Numbered from the stretch's first letter, positions 48,250 to 59,088 are shown. The stretch: DNA of 64,000 nt from Candidatus Brocadiia bacterium (GCA_046538485.1 JBKHIT010000002.1:1-64000), one strand, 5' to 3'. Notes: generated by a model not told the origin, from the sequence alone. Numbers and translations are program-made.

Positions 48250-50292
48250 TTATGCGGGACTTCCGGCGGGTGCGGGGAGGTCGCCTGAGGCGGTTCCTTC
48301 TTCACCTTCTTCTTCCTGACCTTTTTGTTCCTCGCCTTTGGGGCCTGTGTCTTCTGCATTTGCAGATTCCTCCTTGGTTTGTTTTTCGGCGGCAAGCTCC
48401 TCGGCGGTTTTGCCTTCGACAACGGCTTCAACTTCGTCACTGTTCAGCGTTTCGAGCTTAAGCAGAGCTTCGGCCAGTTGTTCCAGTTCGTCGGAATATT
48501 CTTCGCACATTTTTGTCGCTTCGGAATACGCGTCCGTGAGTATACCGTGAATCTCTTCGTCTATTTCTTCCGCGATATGCTCACCATGTTTTCGAGAGCG
48601 GGTGATTTCACTCCCGAGGAACACGTGTTCTTCGTCGTCGGAGTACGAAACCGGTCCAAGTTTTTCACTCATTCCCCACTGGGTAACCATTTTTCGCGCG
48701 AGTTTCGTGGCTTTATCGATGTCGTCTTTGGCTCCAGAAGATATATCGTTACAGAACATGGATTCGGCAACGCGGCCGGCAAGGTTCATCACCAGTGTCC
48801 CTATACATTCGCGTTTTCGCATTCCGTATTTATCTTTTTCCGGCAAAATCATGGTCATCCCGAGTGAAAGCCCGCGCGGTATGATCGTGACTTTATGCAA
48901 CGGTTCGACATCGGGGTGGAGAGATGCGACGAGAGTATGTCCCGCTTCGTGATAAGCCGTCATTTTGCGGTCCTCTTCGCACATGACACGGCTCTTCTTC
49001 TGACGCCCAAAACGCACCTTATCCCGGGCTTCTTCCAGCTCGCTGAGGGTGACAGACTTTTTATGTCGGCTGGCCGCAAGTATAGCAGATTCGTTGACCA
49101 GGGCTTCGAGATCGGCACCACTAAATCCGGGGGTTCCGCGAGCGATAACGTCCAAATCCAAGTTGTCAGCCACTTTGATATCGCGAAGATGTATTTCAAG
49201 TATTTCCTCGCGTCCTTTCAGATCCGGGAGGTCGACAACGATTTGCCTGTCGAAACGGCCCGGGCGGAGGAGTGCGGGGTCGAGCACATCGGGTCGGTTG
49301 GTTGCGGCCATAACTATGATACCGTCTTCGCGTTCGAACCCGTCCATTTCGCTCAGGATTGCGTTGAGAGTTTGTTCCCTTTCGTCATGGCCTCCGCCGA
49401 GTCCGGTTCCTCTTTTTCTGCCAACGGCGTCAATTTCATCGAGAAAAATAATGCATGGTTGCTGTTCTCGAGCATGTTTGAAGAGGTTTCTCACGCGGGA
49501 AGCACCGACACCGACGAAGAGTTCGACAAAATCGGATCCGCAAAGACTGAAGAACGGGACTTTTGCCTCACCGGCGACCGCCTTGGCCATAAGTGTTTTT
49601 CCGGTTCCTGGATGGCCTACAAGCAGCAACCCGCGCGGTACACGCCCACCGACGGTGCGGAAACGTTCGGGGCTTTTCAGAAATTGTATGGTTTCTTTCA
49701 GCTCGACTTTCGCCTCTTCAACACCTGCAACGTCGTCGAAAGAAACGTCCGGTCTTTCTTTATGGGCAAGACTTGCGTCGTTTTTCAGGAAAGGAAACCC
49801 GCCATCGCGAGAGTTTACCATCCTCATTTGTCGGTTGAAAAAGTAGAACATTATGCCAACAAGAAGCAGAAGGGGCAGGACGTTAATAAGAATGGCCGAC
49901 CACATGCCATCGTTTACTTCGTGGTCAACGCTCGGCACAAGTTCATTCCACTTATTCAGCGTCTCACTATCCATGTAAGAGGATGGGACAGTGGCCTTAA
50001 TCTTGGAATAGGACGGGGCTGCGTCGCTTTTGAGGGTTGCGGTGACCTGTTCCCCTTTAGCTATGAGTGATTTAACGTCTTTTTGTTCGATGTGCTTTAT
50101 AAGGACACTGAAACTTACATTTTTAGCCCCTCCGTCACCGTTTTGTTTGATCAGCATGAGAGCAAACAGCACACCGGCAATCACTAGAATCCATAGAAAA
50201 AGTTGCCGCCCAAGATGCGTACGCGGCGGCTCACCATGATCCTGATCATCGGGCTCACGGGGGGTCGAATTTTGGTTATTATCGTTGCTCAT
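48250..50292 (-). CDS. ftsH: ATP-dependent zinc metalloprotease FtsH
   Basis: Two transmembrane helices, [24 protein letters not shown] and HEAGH. Confidence 0.97.
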   Translation of the reverse strand: MSNDNNQNSTPREPDDQDHGEPPRTHLGRQLFLWILVIAGVLFALMLIKQNGDGGAKNVSFSVLIKHIEQKDVKSLIAKGEQVTATLKSDAAPSYSKIKATVPSSYMDSETLNKWNELVPSVDHEVNDGMWSAILINVLPLLLLVGIMFYFFNRQMRMVNSRDGGFPFLKNDASLAHKERPDVSFDDVAGVEEAKVELKETIQFLKSPERFRTVGGRVPRGLLLVGHPGTGKTLMAKAVAGEAKVPFFSLCGSDFVELFVGVGASRVRNLFKHAREQQPCIIFLDEIDAVGRKRGTGLGGGHDEREQTLNAILSEMDGFEREDGIIVMAATNRPDVLDPALLRPGRFDRQIVVDLPDLKGREEILEIHLRDIKVADNLDLDVIARGTPGFSGADLEALVNESAILAASRHKKSVTLSELEEARDKVRFGRQKKSRVMCEEDRKMTAYHEAGHTLVASLHPDVEPLHKVTIIPRGLSLGMTMILPEKDKYGMRKRECIGTLVMNLAGRVAESMFCNDISSGAKDDIDKATKLARKMVTQWGMSEKLGPVSYSDDEEHVFLGSEITRSRKHGEHIAEEIDEEIHGILTDAYSEATKMCEEYSDELEQLAEALLKLETLNSDEVEAVVEGKTAEELAAEKQTKEESANAEDTGPKGEEQKGQEEEGEEGTASGDLPAPAGSPA

Positions 50293-50382
50293 GTTGTACT
50301 TTCTTTTTTACGAAGACAGTTAGACAGGCTGATAGAAGGGAGGAGCCTGAGCAGCATAACAGACGAACCCCATACGTATATT

Positions 50383-50895
50383 TTACCATCGTTCCTCGAG
50401 TTTTTCCACGATGGTCTGCGCTGCCTCCCGGAAAATTAGCTCTTCAAGAGTCTCGGAACGGGCTGGTGCAAAAGTTTTCGATTCGGAAATAGTGAAAGGC
50501 CCTATCAGCGTTCTCCCCGTCAAATTGTCCACCCACCGGAACCGGACTTTTACGCTGGCCTGCTTGAGAATCGTTTCGTCGCGAATCGATTTGATTTTTA
50601 TCCTCTGATCGTACGCTTTCAATTGTCCATAGAGCACGCTATCCGCTTCGGCTCGGTTTTTTACGTTCAACCTGGTATGGAGCTTGATTTCATTGGTGAC
50701 TGCCCGTGTCAGTTCGACTTCCAGGCCGCGTCGCCGCGTCTCGTTGGCAAAAGTTGGGATATGCACCGTGCGTATGTCATCGCGGATCAAAGCTGCCGAG
50801 GAATAGCCGCAGCCCACGTTCAGAATGCAAAATCCCAGCAGGACGAATCCCAGCAGAGGTTTGATCGGTAGTCTTTGAAAAGTCAAATTTATCAT
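50383..50895 (-). CDS. lptE: LPS assembly lipoprotein LptE family
   Basis: Lipobox VGCGY and IRTVHIPTFANET..GLEVELT. Its ATG overlaps the stop of the upstream gene. Confidence 0.75.
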   Translation of the reverse strand: MINLTFQRLPIKPLLGFVLLGFCILNVGCGYSSAALIRDDIRTVHIPTFANETRRRGLEVELTRAVTNEIKLHTRLNVKNRAEADSVLYGQLKAYDQRIKIKSIRDETILKQASVKVRFRWVDNLTGRTLIGPFTISESKTFAPARSETLEELIFREAAQTIVEKLEERW

Positions 50896-51905
50896 GGCCT
50901 CCCGGGTCTGCTTTTCCCCTGCTTTTTCACGCCTTTGAGCGGTGTTGGACGAGACGAGCTTCTCAGTGGTACCAGTAGAGCTTGGCGGAGCTTTTTGATC
51001 TCGGAACTGGCCCATTTGGCGACAGTCAAATTGTTGAAGTCTTCAGCTAATATCTGGAGATAAGGCAAAGCGGCGCGGGGCCTATTGGCCGAGCGCATAT
51101 AGTACTCGGCTATCTCGCGGTAATGTTTCGCTTTCGCTTTTCGGACTTCGGTGAGCTTTTTTTTGGCTTCAGGAGCATATTCATGGTCCGGGTAATTCGC
51201 GAGAAAGTCTTTGTAATGTCGCGAAGCACGATCCAGATATTCCGAGCCCCTGCCTATCCGGCGAGCCAGTGTTTGCTCGCATTCACCCAACCGATACCAG
51301 GCGTACGGTACCCACGAGCTGTCGGGATAATAATCTATCAGTGTCAGGTAGGCGTCCGAAGCCTTCATTGGTCGCCCTGCCCGAAGCATGGCATCTGCTT
51401 TCTCTTTCTGACATTGCGCGGCCAATTCGTCACTTTCAGCTTCGGAAATGAGCCTGTCATAAAAGTTAATTGCCGTATTCAAACTCTTTTCAGCTCGATG
51501 TCCGGCGCTTGCAATTTGCATCTGTCTTGCCGCTTCTATCAATTCACTTTTCGGGTGCCGGGCAACAAAGGTCTCCAGAGCTCTGTACGCTTTTTTGTGT
51601 TTTCCCCGCACGTAATAGCCCATCCCGATCAAATAGCGGGCCTTTCCGCTCCACCCGGCCTCAGGGTGTTTTCTTAACAGCTTTTTCAGTTGTCGAATCC
51701 CGCTTTTCGCCTGACCGGCCGTAATCAGGGCAGCAGCATGACGGAACCTGTCTTCGGGTGTGTCCGCAGATTCGTCATCAAGGTCTACTTCTCCCGCTAC
51801 CGGATTCCAGACTTTAACGGCAAGTGCTCGACGAGCGGAACTGCATAAAAGACACAAGGCCAGTGTCGCGAAAAAGAAAACAATTCTGTTTCGTTCGGGT
51901 TTCAT
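50892..51905 (-). CDS. BamD-like TPR protein
   Basis: Signal peptide, TPR repeats with YP-S motifs, and C-terminal HYREIAEYY typical of BamD/YfiO. Confidence 0.7.
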   Translation of the reverse strand: MKPERNRIVFFFATLALCLLCSSARRALAVKVWNPVAGEVDLDDESADTPEDRFRHAAALITAGQAKSGIRQLKKLLRKHPEAGWSGKARYLIGMGYYVRGKHKKAYRALETFVARHPKSELIEAARQMQIASAGHRAEKSLNTAINFYDRLISEAESDELAAQCQKEKADAMLRAGRPMKASDAYLTLIDYYPDSSWVPYAWYRLGECEQTLARRIGRGSEYLDRASRHYKDFLANYPDHEYAPEAKKKLTEVRKAKAKHYREIAEYYMRSANRPRAALPYLQILAEDFNNLTVAKWASSEIKKLRQALLVPLRSSSRPTPLKGVKKQGKSRPGRP

Positions 51906-52208
51906 TGGGTTTTCCCTGGTTCCGCACGTATGCATTGCAGATCGATCTAGCAGTAAGAAGTATTTTATCATAACTGCAAAGCCGATTCACAGTATGAGGA
52001 ATCTGCACTATTGGCCTTTTCAGGCTCTGGAAATGGTAAATTGGCTTAGCGTTGCCCTCGCTTCTCGAAGGCTGCCAGCCGCAAATCCCTTAGTTCTTCT
52101 GCGGAAAGAATTTTTCAGTTCTGCAGCGGGTGGTTAGAGGCTCAAAATCCCCATCCCCATATGCACTTCCCCTGCAAAAAACCAGTTGGTCTCAAAATGG
52201 AAGCAGGT

Positions 52209-52316
52209 TAGGCTTTGTCTGAGAATCCGGTCGTCGGGCCGAGTGCGAGCGCATTTGTAGCTGGCTTTGTCCGCCTGCATCGCTTGTCTCCACTGGATCG
52301 GCCTGCTTCGGCGCGC
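52209..52316. mobile_element. MITE, family 2, partial copy
   Basis: TAGGCTTTGTCTGAGAAT end, with internal CTGGCTTTGTCCGCCTG...CCACTGGAT.GGCCTGCTTCGGCG shared with 1901-2066. Confidence 0.75.
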
Positions 52317-52327
52317 CTTACGTCGGC

Positions 52328-52399
52328 CTCGCAATGACCAGAAACACGTTTAGAACCTCAATTGCGAGGAGCCCGTTGTTTGGGCGACCCGGCAATCTC
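52328..52399. repeat. Family 3 palindromic element fragments
   Basis: CTCGCAATGAC at 52328 and ATTGCGAGGAG...GGCAATCTC at 52361-52399. Confidence 0.6.
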
Positions 52400-52512
52400 T
52401 CCGTTCTTCCACAAAAAATAAAGTGTCATGGGCCACCAGTCCGAACGGTTGGTAAAGGAAAACTACAAGGAATTTTGAGAATGGTTGTGACGATTGCAAA
52501 AACTCGCAAACG

Positions 52513-54813
52513 TTATTGAGTGTCCCCGAATGAATCTCTTAATGACTCTGCCAGATTCGCCGCGATTGCTTCGGGGACCCCGGAAGTTTTACCCTCCGGC
52601 CAGGCGATTTTTGTTTCGTAGGTTTTTCTGTCGGTTTCTCGCGCTGCAACCAGGCGCAGATTGAAGTTTTTCAAATCCCTGTCTCCTCGGATGATAGCCA
52701 GAACGGGAGAACAGGACGGTTCCCCGGGGCGCGTGAGTAGTTTGGTTTGCGCTTCGGATTGTTCCACACGGATGTCAAGCTTTTTGTATCCCGGCCAGGT
52801 GAGGTTTTTCAGTAGATAAAAAACCGCACCGTCAGCGGGAAGCCCGGATTGCAAAGCGAGGGCGGCCCCGCCGGTGGAGGCGCAGATCTTACCGTAGCTT
52901 GGTAGCACATGGTGTGCGCCAATTTGTAATAGGTAAGTGCGGATATTGTTGGTCGAATTTTTTTGGACCAGTGGTTCCTGCGGCGGACGATGGTCTGTTA
53001 CCACAATTGCCAGAGCGCGCCGATCGTGTTCCATCCCGCGAATCCAACCCGGAAGATCACCGGTCGGTGGTCCGACGCCACTGCCGACTTGCCAGAGCCC
53101 CGCCAGCATTTTTTCATTGACAATATGGCGCGGTCCCCTCATTGTTGGGTCAAGAATTTTTACTTTGCCATCGTAGGCGGCTACCAGCAGCCGCGCGTTT
53201 CGGTCAAGTCGAGCGGTTATCTCCTCGCAGATTTCGTGAGGGTAACCAGTTCCTCCGAATTTATAGTCGCCACTCGCGTTCAGCCCGAGCAAAAACCTGG
53301 AACTGCGGCGAATCGTTTCGTCAGCGTCCATGTCGAGATGTACCGCTACAAGGGCCATCCGGCTGGAACTGCCGGATGGCGTCAGAAAAATTGTGTTGTG
53401 AGACGGTTGCTTTTTGAGTTGGGCCCGATACACAAGCGGAACAGCCGCCTTCAAAGTTTCGTACTCGCGATTTTCAGCCTTTTTGAGCGATAAGTTTCCA
53501 GTTCTTGTGAGTTCGGAAAGTGATCTTAAATTTTCGCCCGGCGCTCTGAGTTTAACGGAGACATTTGAGACAGAAGAACCCCAGGCACCGGGCACGATTG
53601 CAAAAAAGAGTTCTTCACCACATGTTGCCATAGCTGCGATAGCTCCGATTCCCACGACCTGTTTCTCGCCGGGTTCGAGCCTGACGCTCCCGGGGCTGGT
53701 CGCAGCAATTGGTTGGGGCCAGAAGAGGTTTCGAACAGGAAGTTGTCCATCCCATACTTTATCTCCAATATTTTCCAGTCTGGCTTGAGCTGAAATCAGC
53801 AGGAGAGGCCCCCGGATATTGGCATTCAATTTAATTTCGCGTATACAAATGTGCTGCGGGATAGCCTGCGCAGAAGGGCCGGCTGGGAGGAGAGGGATAG
53901 CGTTTTGTGAGATATTTTTCTTCCCGGGCGCTTGAAGGCGCCGGGTCCAGAGCCCGGCGAGTCGTGCGTTGGATGGACGCACTTGCTGGAGGATTCGTTT
54001 CCCGAGCGCCATACCTTGCTGGCCGCCTTCCAGTTCGACTTTTTGATCATTTTGGCCTCTGATCTGGGCTTTTCCGCGCAGACAGGTTGCCCTGAGTCTG
54101 ATATGGGAGACTCTTACTGTGACGGCCCCGCGCGGACAAAAGACGCTCCGGTTCTCGGAGTTGATTTCGAGCGGTTCTTTGTGGGCTTCATCCGGGACCG
54201 CCAGTATCCGTCCCCCTGCGATCTCGACTTTATTCAATTCCGGCAACAGCACAACACTATTACTATCCAGTATCCAGTGTCCGCTGTTAGTCTGAATTTT
54301 TGCCATTCCGTTTTGTGAAGTGCGGAGAATGGTATCAGATGTGAGTTCTAAGGCCGGGGGGGCCGGAGTCCATTGTCCTTGCCCTCCAAAGCGGACATAT
54401 AAATCACCGGTTTGTTCAACGATTGTGCCTGTGATGACGGGTGGTTCGGAATAGCGACCGACTACAGAAACGATAACCATGAAAAATGCAGCGACAGCGA
54501 GCAGGAAAGCCAGCACCCAGACCACCTGTTTCCGGGCTCCCCTAACCGGGTCGGGATTCGCAGGTGGTTCTTCAGAATCATTCGTTTGCCCTGCAAGTTC
54601 ATCGAGAGCCTGCCCACACGCTTTCTTTACTTCCTCAGGCAACTGCGGAGTGGATAGATTTTCCAGACCTTCCCGGACAAGCCTGTATCGCCCCAGAATC
54701 TGTGCACAGTTCGGGCATTCTTCAAAGTGCCGCTCAAGGGCGCTCTTCTCCTCATCCCGCAGGTGGTCTTCCAGAAAGGGAGGTATCAGTTGTCTGGCCC
54801 GTTTACATTTCAT
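52513..54813 (-). CDS. Large ZAS anti-sigma factor with FecR-like and degenerate VIT/vWA-like domains
   Basis: MKC...HFEECPNC, one transmembrane helix, a FecR-like segment (LRTSQNGMAKI), and later LGLNASG, IVVTD and ICASTGG resembling a decayed vWA domain. Confidence 0.65.
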   Translation of the reverse strand: MKCKRARQLIPPFLEDHLRDEEKSALERHFEECPNCAQILGRYRLVREGLENLSTPQLPEEVKKACGQALDELAGQTNDSEEPPANPDPVRGARKQVVWVLAFLLAVAAFFMVIVSVVGRYSEPPVITGTIVEQTGDLYVRFGGQGQWTPAPPALELTSDTILRTSQNGMAKIQTNSGHWILDSNSVVLLPELNKVEIAGGRILAVPDEAHKEPLEINSENRSVFCPRGAVTVRVSHIRLRATCLRGKAQIRGQNDQKVELEGGQQGMALGKRILQQVRPSNARLAGLWTRRLQAPGKKNISQNAIPLLPAGPSAQAIPQHICIREIKLNANIRGPLLLISAQARLENIGDKVWDGQLPVRNLFWPQPIAATSPGSVRLEPGEKQVVGIGAIAAMATCGEELFFAIVPGAWGSSVSNVSVKLRAPGENLRSLSELTRTGNLSLKKAENREYETLKAAVPLVYRAQLKKQPSHNTIFLTPSGSSSRMALVAVHLDMDADETIRRSSRFLLGLNASGDYKFGGTGYPHEICEEITARLDRNARLLVAAYDGKVKILDPTMRGPRHIVNEKMLAGLWQVGSGVGPPTGDLPGWIRGMEHDRRALAIVVTDHRPPQEPLVQKNSTNNIRTYLLQIGAHHVLPSYGKICASTGGAALALQSGLPADGAVFYLLKNLTWPGYKKLDIRVEQSEAQTKLLTRPGEPSCSPVLAIIRGDRDLKNFNLRLVAARETDRKTYETKIAWPEGKTSGVPEAIAANLAESLRDSFGDTQ

Positions 54814-54817
54814 GGAA

Positions 54818-55351
54818 TTATTCCTCTTCAAATAAACCGCTTTTGGCCAGACGTTGATACGCTTTGGAGATGAGATCTCTTGTTTTCTTCTCGGGGAAAC
54901 GGCATGCCCGTGCCGTTTCTGAGAGATTGAGACCGCCGATCGTCATCAGCAAGAAAGGCTGACGGAGGGAACGTTGCATATCAATTAGCGCCCGTCTGAT
55001 TTTTTCGTCTCTGTTGGAAGGCTCTTTTTGTCGTAATTCGTCCACAAAATCCATGATACCGTGTTGTTGGGGCACAAAAGCGGGGCATACGTTCTGCGTG
55101 GCGATTGCATAAAGCCAGCATCTTATTGATTTAAAACCGTCTGGTTGCTGCTGGTACTCTGCGGCCACACAGAATACCTGTCCAAGCGCTCGAGCAGCCG
55201 TTTCCATATCATCAAGGCTGAGCAAAAGGTAGCGGAAGAGCGCTTCTTCATGCCGATTCCGTAATTCATCCAGAGCCTCACCGGATCCGTCGACGTACTC
55301 CGACCATAGCTGCTCATCGGAAAGGTTTTGCATGCGGTTGGTTTCCTTCAT
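54818..55351 (-). CDS. Divergent ECF sigma factor
   Basis: LSDEQL, RCWLYAIATQ and GLNLSETA in region 4. It sits directly upstream of the anti-sigma gene. Confidence 0.7.
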   Translation of the reverse strand: MKETNRMQNLSDEQLWSEYVDGSGEALDELRNRHEEALFRYLLLSLDDMETAARALGQVFCVAAEYQQQPDGFKSIRCWLYAIATQNVCPAFVPQQHGIMDFVDELRQKEPSNRDEKIRRALIDMQRSLRQPFLLMTIGGLNLSETARACRFPEKKTRDLISKAYQRLAKSGLFEEE

Positions 55352-55581
55352 AATAATCGTCCAGAATTGTTATTTTCCTTTACAAAGTGGAGCATTGTCA
55401 AACTTACGACTGCGAGGTGGAAGAGTTTGACGGTTACCAGGGTCACGGATATGCTGGCAGGTGCGTGATATGATGGATGCATAGGAGCTGAAGCGGATGG
55501 GATTTTTGTTGGTCAGTATTGGACTCAAGCTTTGCTACGTGCAAAAGTGGAGTTTTTGAGAAAACCGAAGGTGCAAAGTAA

Positions 55582-57534
55582 ATGAAAGACAATGCCATTC
55601 GCTCCGACCGTTCCGATGGGCGGTTTCAAACGCTCGGTGGACTCGTACATCATCGCTACAAACAGCTTCAGCCGAAAATGCAGTTTGATCCGGGCCTGAC
55701 CGGTGATGAGTTTGCTGACTGGAAACGTCAGGTCCGTCGTCGTCTGCGGCAATTGCTGGCCATGCCGAACCCCGTCGGGCAACAACCCGAACCGAAAATG
55801 ATCGATGAACAACCGCGGGATGGGTACCGACTCCAGAAGTGGGAACTTTACCCGGAAGAAGACAGCGTGGTGCCGATGTTGATGATGGTTCCAGACGATG
55901 TGACCGAAACGGAACCGGCGGCTGCCGTTCTTTGTCTGCCGGGTAGCAATCATCCCCTGGAACGACTCGCCGGGGAACCAGAACCCGAGGGCAGTCCGGA
56001 AAACCGTTTCCCCGAGCATAATTGCATGGGATTCCATTTCGTGAAAGAGGGCCTGATAGCGCTCTGTATGGAGAATCCGGGGACAGGTAGTATGGCCGAA
56101 CCTGATGTTGCTGACTGGCGGCGCCAGGCCTGGGATTTGGTCTGGCTCGGGAGGAACTACGAGGGCGTTTCTGTTGCCCATAAAGTGTCTGCCTACCGGT
56201 GGTTGCGAGAGCACCCGGTTGTTGATCCAGAGCGTATCGCGGCCTGCGGATTTTCTCTTGGCGGCAAGCCGGCATTGCTGCTGGGCGTGCTTGAGCCTAC
56301 CGTTCGTGCCGTCGTGTGGAACTCCCTGGCATACGACCATCGCGTGCAGGCGATCAAAACCAACCTCGGGCGGATTGCGCCATGGCAGTACGTTCCGGGT
56401 TTCCTGCAGTGGTTCGATTATCTTGACATCATGGCGGCGCTCGCGCCCACGCCTCTGTGTCTACCGGAAAGTGGACGGACGGAGGAGCTGCAAAAAGTGC
56501 GCGATGCCTTTGCCCTCAACGGGGCGGACGAAAATCTTGAAATCTCGTATGTGCCGAGTTACCGCGCCCCGGCCCATCGAAAACTTGATAACGAACCGAT
56601 TCCCGAGGGGCTTACAAAAGAAGAATACCGGGCCTATATGAACACGACTGTCGACGAACACCGTTTCCAGTACGACGAGGTTGTTCCCTGGGTCGTACAG
56701 CAACTGGCTGGCACGGGAACAGATGAAACGCGAGCAGCGGAAAAGGCAAAAGTTGAGTCAGACGGGACATCGGACGCAACTCCGGCAACACGTGACACGC
56801 TGACAGCGGACATGCATGCACTCGGAATTGAGGAGGGAGATACGCTTTTTATCCATGCTTCTTACAAATCGTTGGGGGCGGTCGAAGGTGGTGCCGGGAC
56901 TGTCGTCGCGGCTTTCGAGGATGCACTCGGACCAGACGGTTTGATTATGATGCCGAGTTTCAATCTTGGTGAAGGGGACAAGGAAGACCGGGCAGCCCGC
57001 TGGGATCATGCTACCACCCCGTCAACTGTCGGTTGGCTGACGGAGTTTTTCCGGCGAATGGACGGCACAGTTCGTTCCGACCACTATTCGCATAGTGTGG
57101 CTGCTCGGGGTCGGGACGCTCATTGGATCGTCAGTGCCCACAGGGAGAATACCGGCCTATTTTCTCCGTGGGACCGGGAACCGTGGGGTAAAACGTATGG
57201 CGATCAGTCTCCTATGCTGCGAGCGTATCGCCGGGAAAACAGCAAGCTACTTATGCTCGGAGTAGGCTACGATTCCTCAACGTATCAACATGTTGTGGAA
57301 GTGGTGGACTGGCATTTGCGCCGGAAGGAAGATCCGAAAGCTCCTTTTTTTACGTATAAACCGCGAGAGAAATTGGGCCAATTTTGGGAAGAACAGGGAC
57401 GATTCAGACGCGGTAAAATCGGCCAGGCCAATTGCCGACTTTTCAGTATTCGCGATTATGTTGATACTCTTCTGGCGGAGGTCCAGCACGATCCCGCGAA
57501 ATATTGTCCCTGGCACCCGGATAACAAGAAGTAG
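55582..57534 (+). CDS. Fusion of an alpha/beta hydrolase (Abhydrolase_7-like) and an AAC(3)/YokD-family acetyltransferase
   Basis: N-terminal GYRLQKWELYP and GFSLGG. C-terminal LFIHASYKSLG, MPSF, RSDHYSHSVAARG and LGVGYDSSTYQHVVE. Confidence 0.85.
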   Translation: MKDNAIRSDRSDGRFQTLGGLVHHRYKQLQPKMQFDPGLTGDEFADWKRQVRRRLRQLLAMPNPVGQQPEPKMIDEQPRDGYRLQKWELYPEEDSVVPMLMMVPDDVTETEPAAAVLCLPGSNHPLERLAGEPEPEGSPENRFPEHNCMGFHFVKEGLIALCMENPGTGSMAEPDVADWRRQAWDLVWLGRNYEGVSVAHKVSAYRWLREHPVVDPERIAACGFSLGGKPALLLGVLEPTVRAVVWNSLAYDHRVQAIKTNLGRIAPWQYVPGFLQWFDYLDIMAALAPTPLCLPESGRTEELQKVRDAFALNGADENLEISYVPSYRAPAHRKLDNEPIPEGLTKEEYRAYMNTTVDEHRFQYDEVVPWVVQQLAGTGTDETRAAEKAKVESDGTSDATPATRDTLTADMHALGIEEGDTLFIHASYKSLGAVEGGAGTVVAAFEDALGPDGLIMMPSFNLGEGDKEDRAARWDHATTPSTVGWLTEFFRRMDGTVRSDHYSHSVAARGRDAHWIVSAHRENTGLFSPWDREPWGKTYGDQSPMLRAYRRENSKLLMLGVGYDSSTYQHVVEVVDWHLRRKEDPKAPFFTYKPREKLGQFWEEQGRFRRGKIGQANCRLFSIRDYVDTLLAEVQHDPAKYCPWHPDNKK

Positions 57535-57544
57535 AGTGGATCAC

Positions 57545-58018
57545 ATGGCCAAACATTGCCCAGAATGCCATATTCTGGCGAAGGGTACGGACAGCTTCTG
57601 CCCCAAATGCGGTAATGCTCTTGAACCGGGTGCCCCCTCAGGTGACGAGTCGGGCAAGGCAGAAAAACCTCTCTGGCTGTTGGATACCATGTTAACTTTC
57701 TTCCCCGGATTCGCCTACAAATCAGTCATCATTGCGTTCATTGTATTGACGGTACTGGCGCTGGCCGCATGGGGCTTGACGTTGCATGTTTTCACGATTG
57801 AGATTCCGGAGGGGGGCTCGGAACTGACCGGCAGTCTTTTTTGCCTGGGGATGTTGTTTTATTTGCTTGCTTTGATCTGGCTGATGTGCGGTGAGATCTG
57901 CCTTCCGCTGGAAGCTTTCGTCGATTTAACCGGCGTCCAGTGGATGATCATGCTGGTAATGGTTTCGCTGCCGACGGCCGCGCTTTTCATTGCCGGAAAA
58001 TTGCTGACAGTCAGTTGA
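57545..58018 (+). CDS. Zinc-ribbon membrane protein
   Basis: CPEC...CPKCG followed by three hydrophobic helices. Confidence 0.75.
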   Translation: MAKHCPECHILAKGTDSFCPKCGNALEPGAPSGDESGKAEKPLWLLDTMLTFFPGFAYKSVIIAFIVLTVLALAAWGLTLHVFTIEIPEGGSELTGSLFCLGMLFYLLALIWLMCGEICLPLEAFVDLTGVQWMIMLVMVSLPTAALFIAGKLLTVS

Positions 58019-58033
58019 ATGGTTCTCAGTGAG

Positions 58034-58279
58034 TCATCGTCGCCCGAAAAGGAAGAACCAGACAACCAGTCCGATGAGCGTGGTTATCACGCCGAAAACG
58101 AGCATTTTCAGGAAACTCTGGCCGAGTAACTCAGTGAATCCTATTCGGGGTCCCCTTAATTTGTGAGGGATGAATTGAGTCACCGCTGAATACGGGTTTA
58201 GCCTGATGGTCACAGGAATGATTCGGAAGCATATCCCGCCTTGTAAGCGCTTGAAAATATAGCGGCCGCGCTCCGACAT
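58034..58279 (-). CDS. Small hypothetical membrane protein
   Basis: 81-aa ORF with a hydrophobic C-terminus; weak support. Confidence 0.3.
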   Translation of the reverse strand: MSERGRYIFKRLQGGICFRIIPVTIRLNPYSAVTQFIPHKLRGPRIGFTELLGQSFLKMLVFGVITTLIGLVVWFFLFGRR

Positions 58280-58384
58280 ATTGTCAGCTTCGGACCGTGT
58301 ACACAGGAGATCAAATGCCTGCGGCTGAGCTCAGTTCATCAACACTCTATGATGAAGGATCTGAGTTTTGTTGAAGGCGTCGTT

Positions 58385-59047
58385 TTATTCGTCTTCTTCC
58401 GGCGATGTAGCGGCCCAGACTGTGCCGCGGACGAGCAGTTTCTTGAACATTTCATGCTGGCACGCTTTGCCGTCGTGCCCGAGCGCCAGCCAGTAGACCC
58501 TGCCTGCAGCCCAATCTTTAACCCATGCGACCGGCACGGTCCGGTCTTCCCAGAGCGCCTGGGCAAGGATATGGTTTCGTTCATCGTAACTCGTTACATA
58601 CATCTCGTCGGTGACGGTGAATTCGGGCGGTTCTTCCTCGAGCAATCCTTCTGTAATGGGATGTTCCGGATCGGTCACCATCACCTGGTATTCGCGGTAA
58701 CGAGGATGCGTCACGAAATGGCCTCCGACCATCGCGCGGTATTCGGGGCAGCCGCGAAACGAATCGGCCGCCGAATGAATTCCGACATAACCATTTCCAT
58801 TCGCGACCCATTCCAGAAGCCCGTTTTTCTGCGCGGTCGTGATCTCGCCCACGGTGTAGTAAAAAACGAGGACGTCGTACTGATCCAGGTCGGTTTCGAA
58901 AACGCTCAGATCGTTTTTGACATATGTGATGTTGAACTGACCGTCGGCGTCGAGTGTTTTGCGGATTTCAGCGCCGCAGGATTTCCAGTCGTGGATTTCT
59001 CCACCTGCAACAAGGAGTGTTTCGATAGGGGACATACCGGACTCCAT
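58385..59047 (-). CDS. ThuA-like domain protein
   Basis: HDW, GYVGIHSA, GGHFVTHP, HPIT, DEMY and ALGHD. Confidence 0.88.
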   Translation of the reverse strand: MESGMSPIETLLVAGGEIHDWKSCGAEIRKTLDADGQFNITYVKNDLSVFETDLDQYDVLVFYYTVGEITTAQKNGLLEWVANGNGYVGIHSAADSFRGCPEYRAMVGGHFVTHPRYREYQVMVTDPEHPITEGLLEEEPPEFTVTDEMYVTSYDERNHILAQALWEDRTVPVAWVKDWAAGRVYWLALGHDGKACQHEMFKKLLVRGTVWAATSPEEDE

Positions 59048-59088
59048 TCCTGAAAAAAGGAAGTAAAGGTATTATGCGTTGTGAGAAA

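Noticed and set aside
48895..50070. 391-aa plus-strand ORF
   Set aside because: Antisense shadow of ftsH.
56790..57534. Calling the AAC(3)-family domain a resistance gene
   Set aside because: The family includes many non-resistance members, there is no mobile context, and it is fused to a hydrolase.
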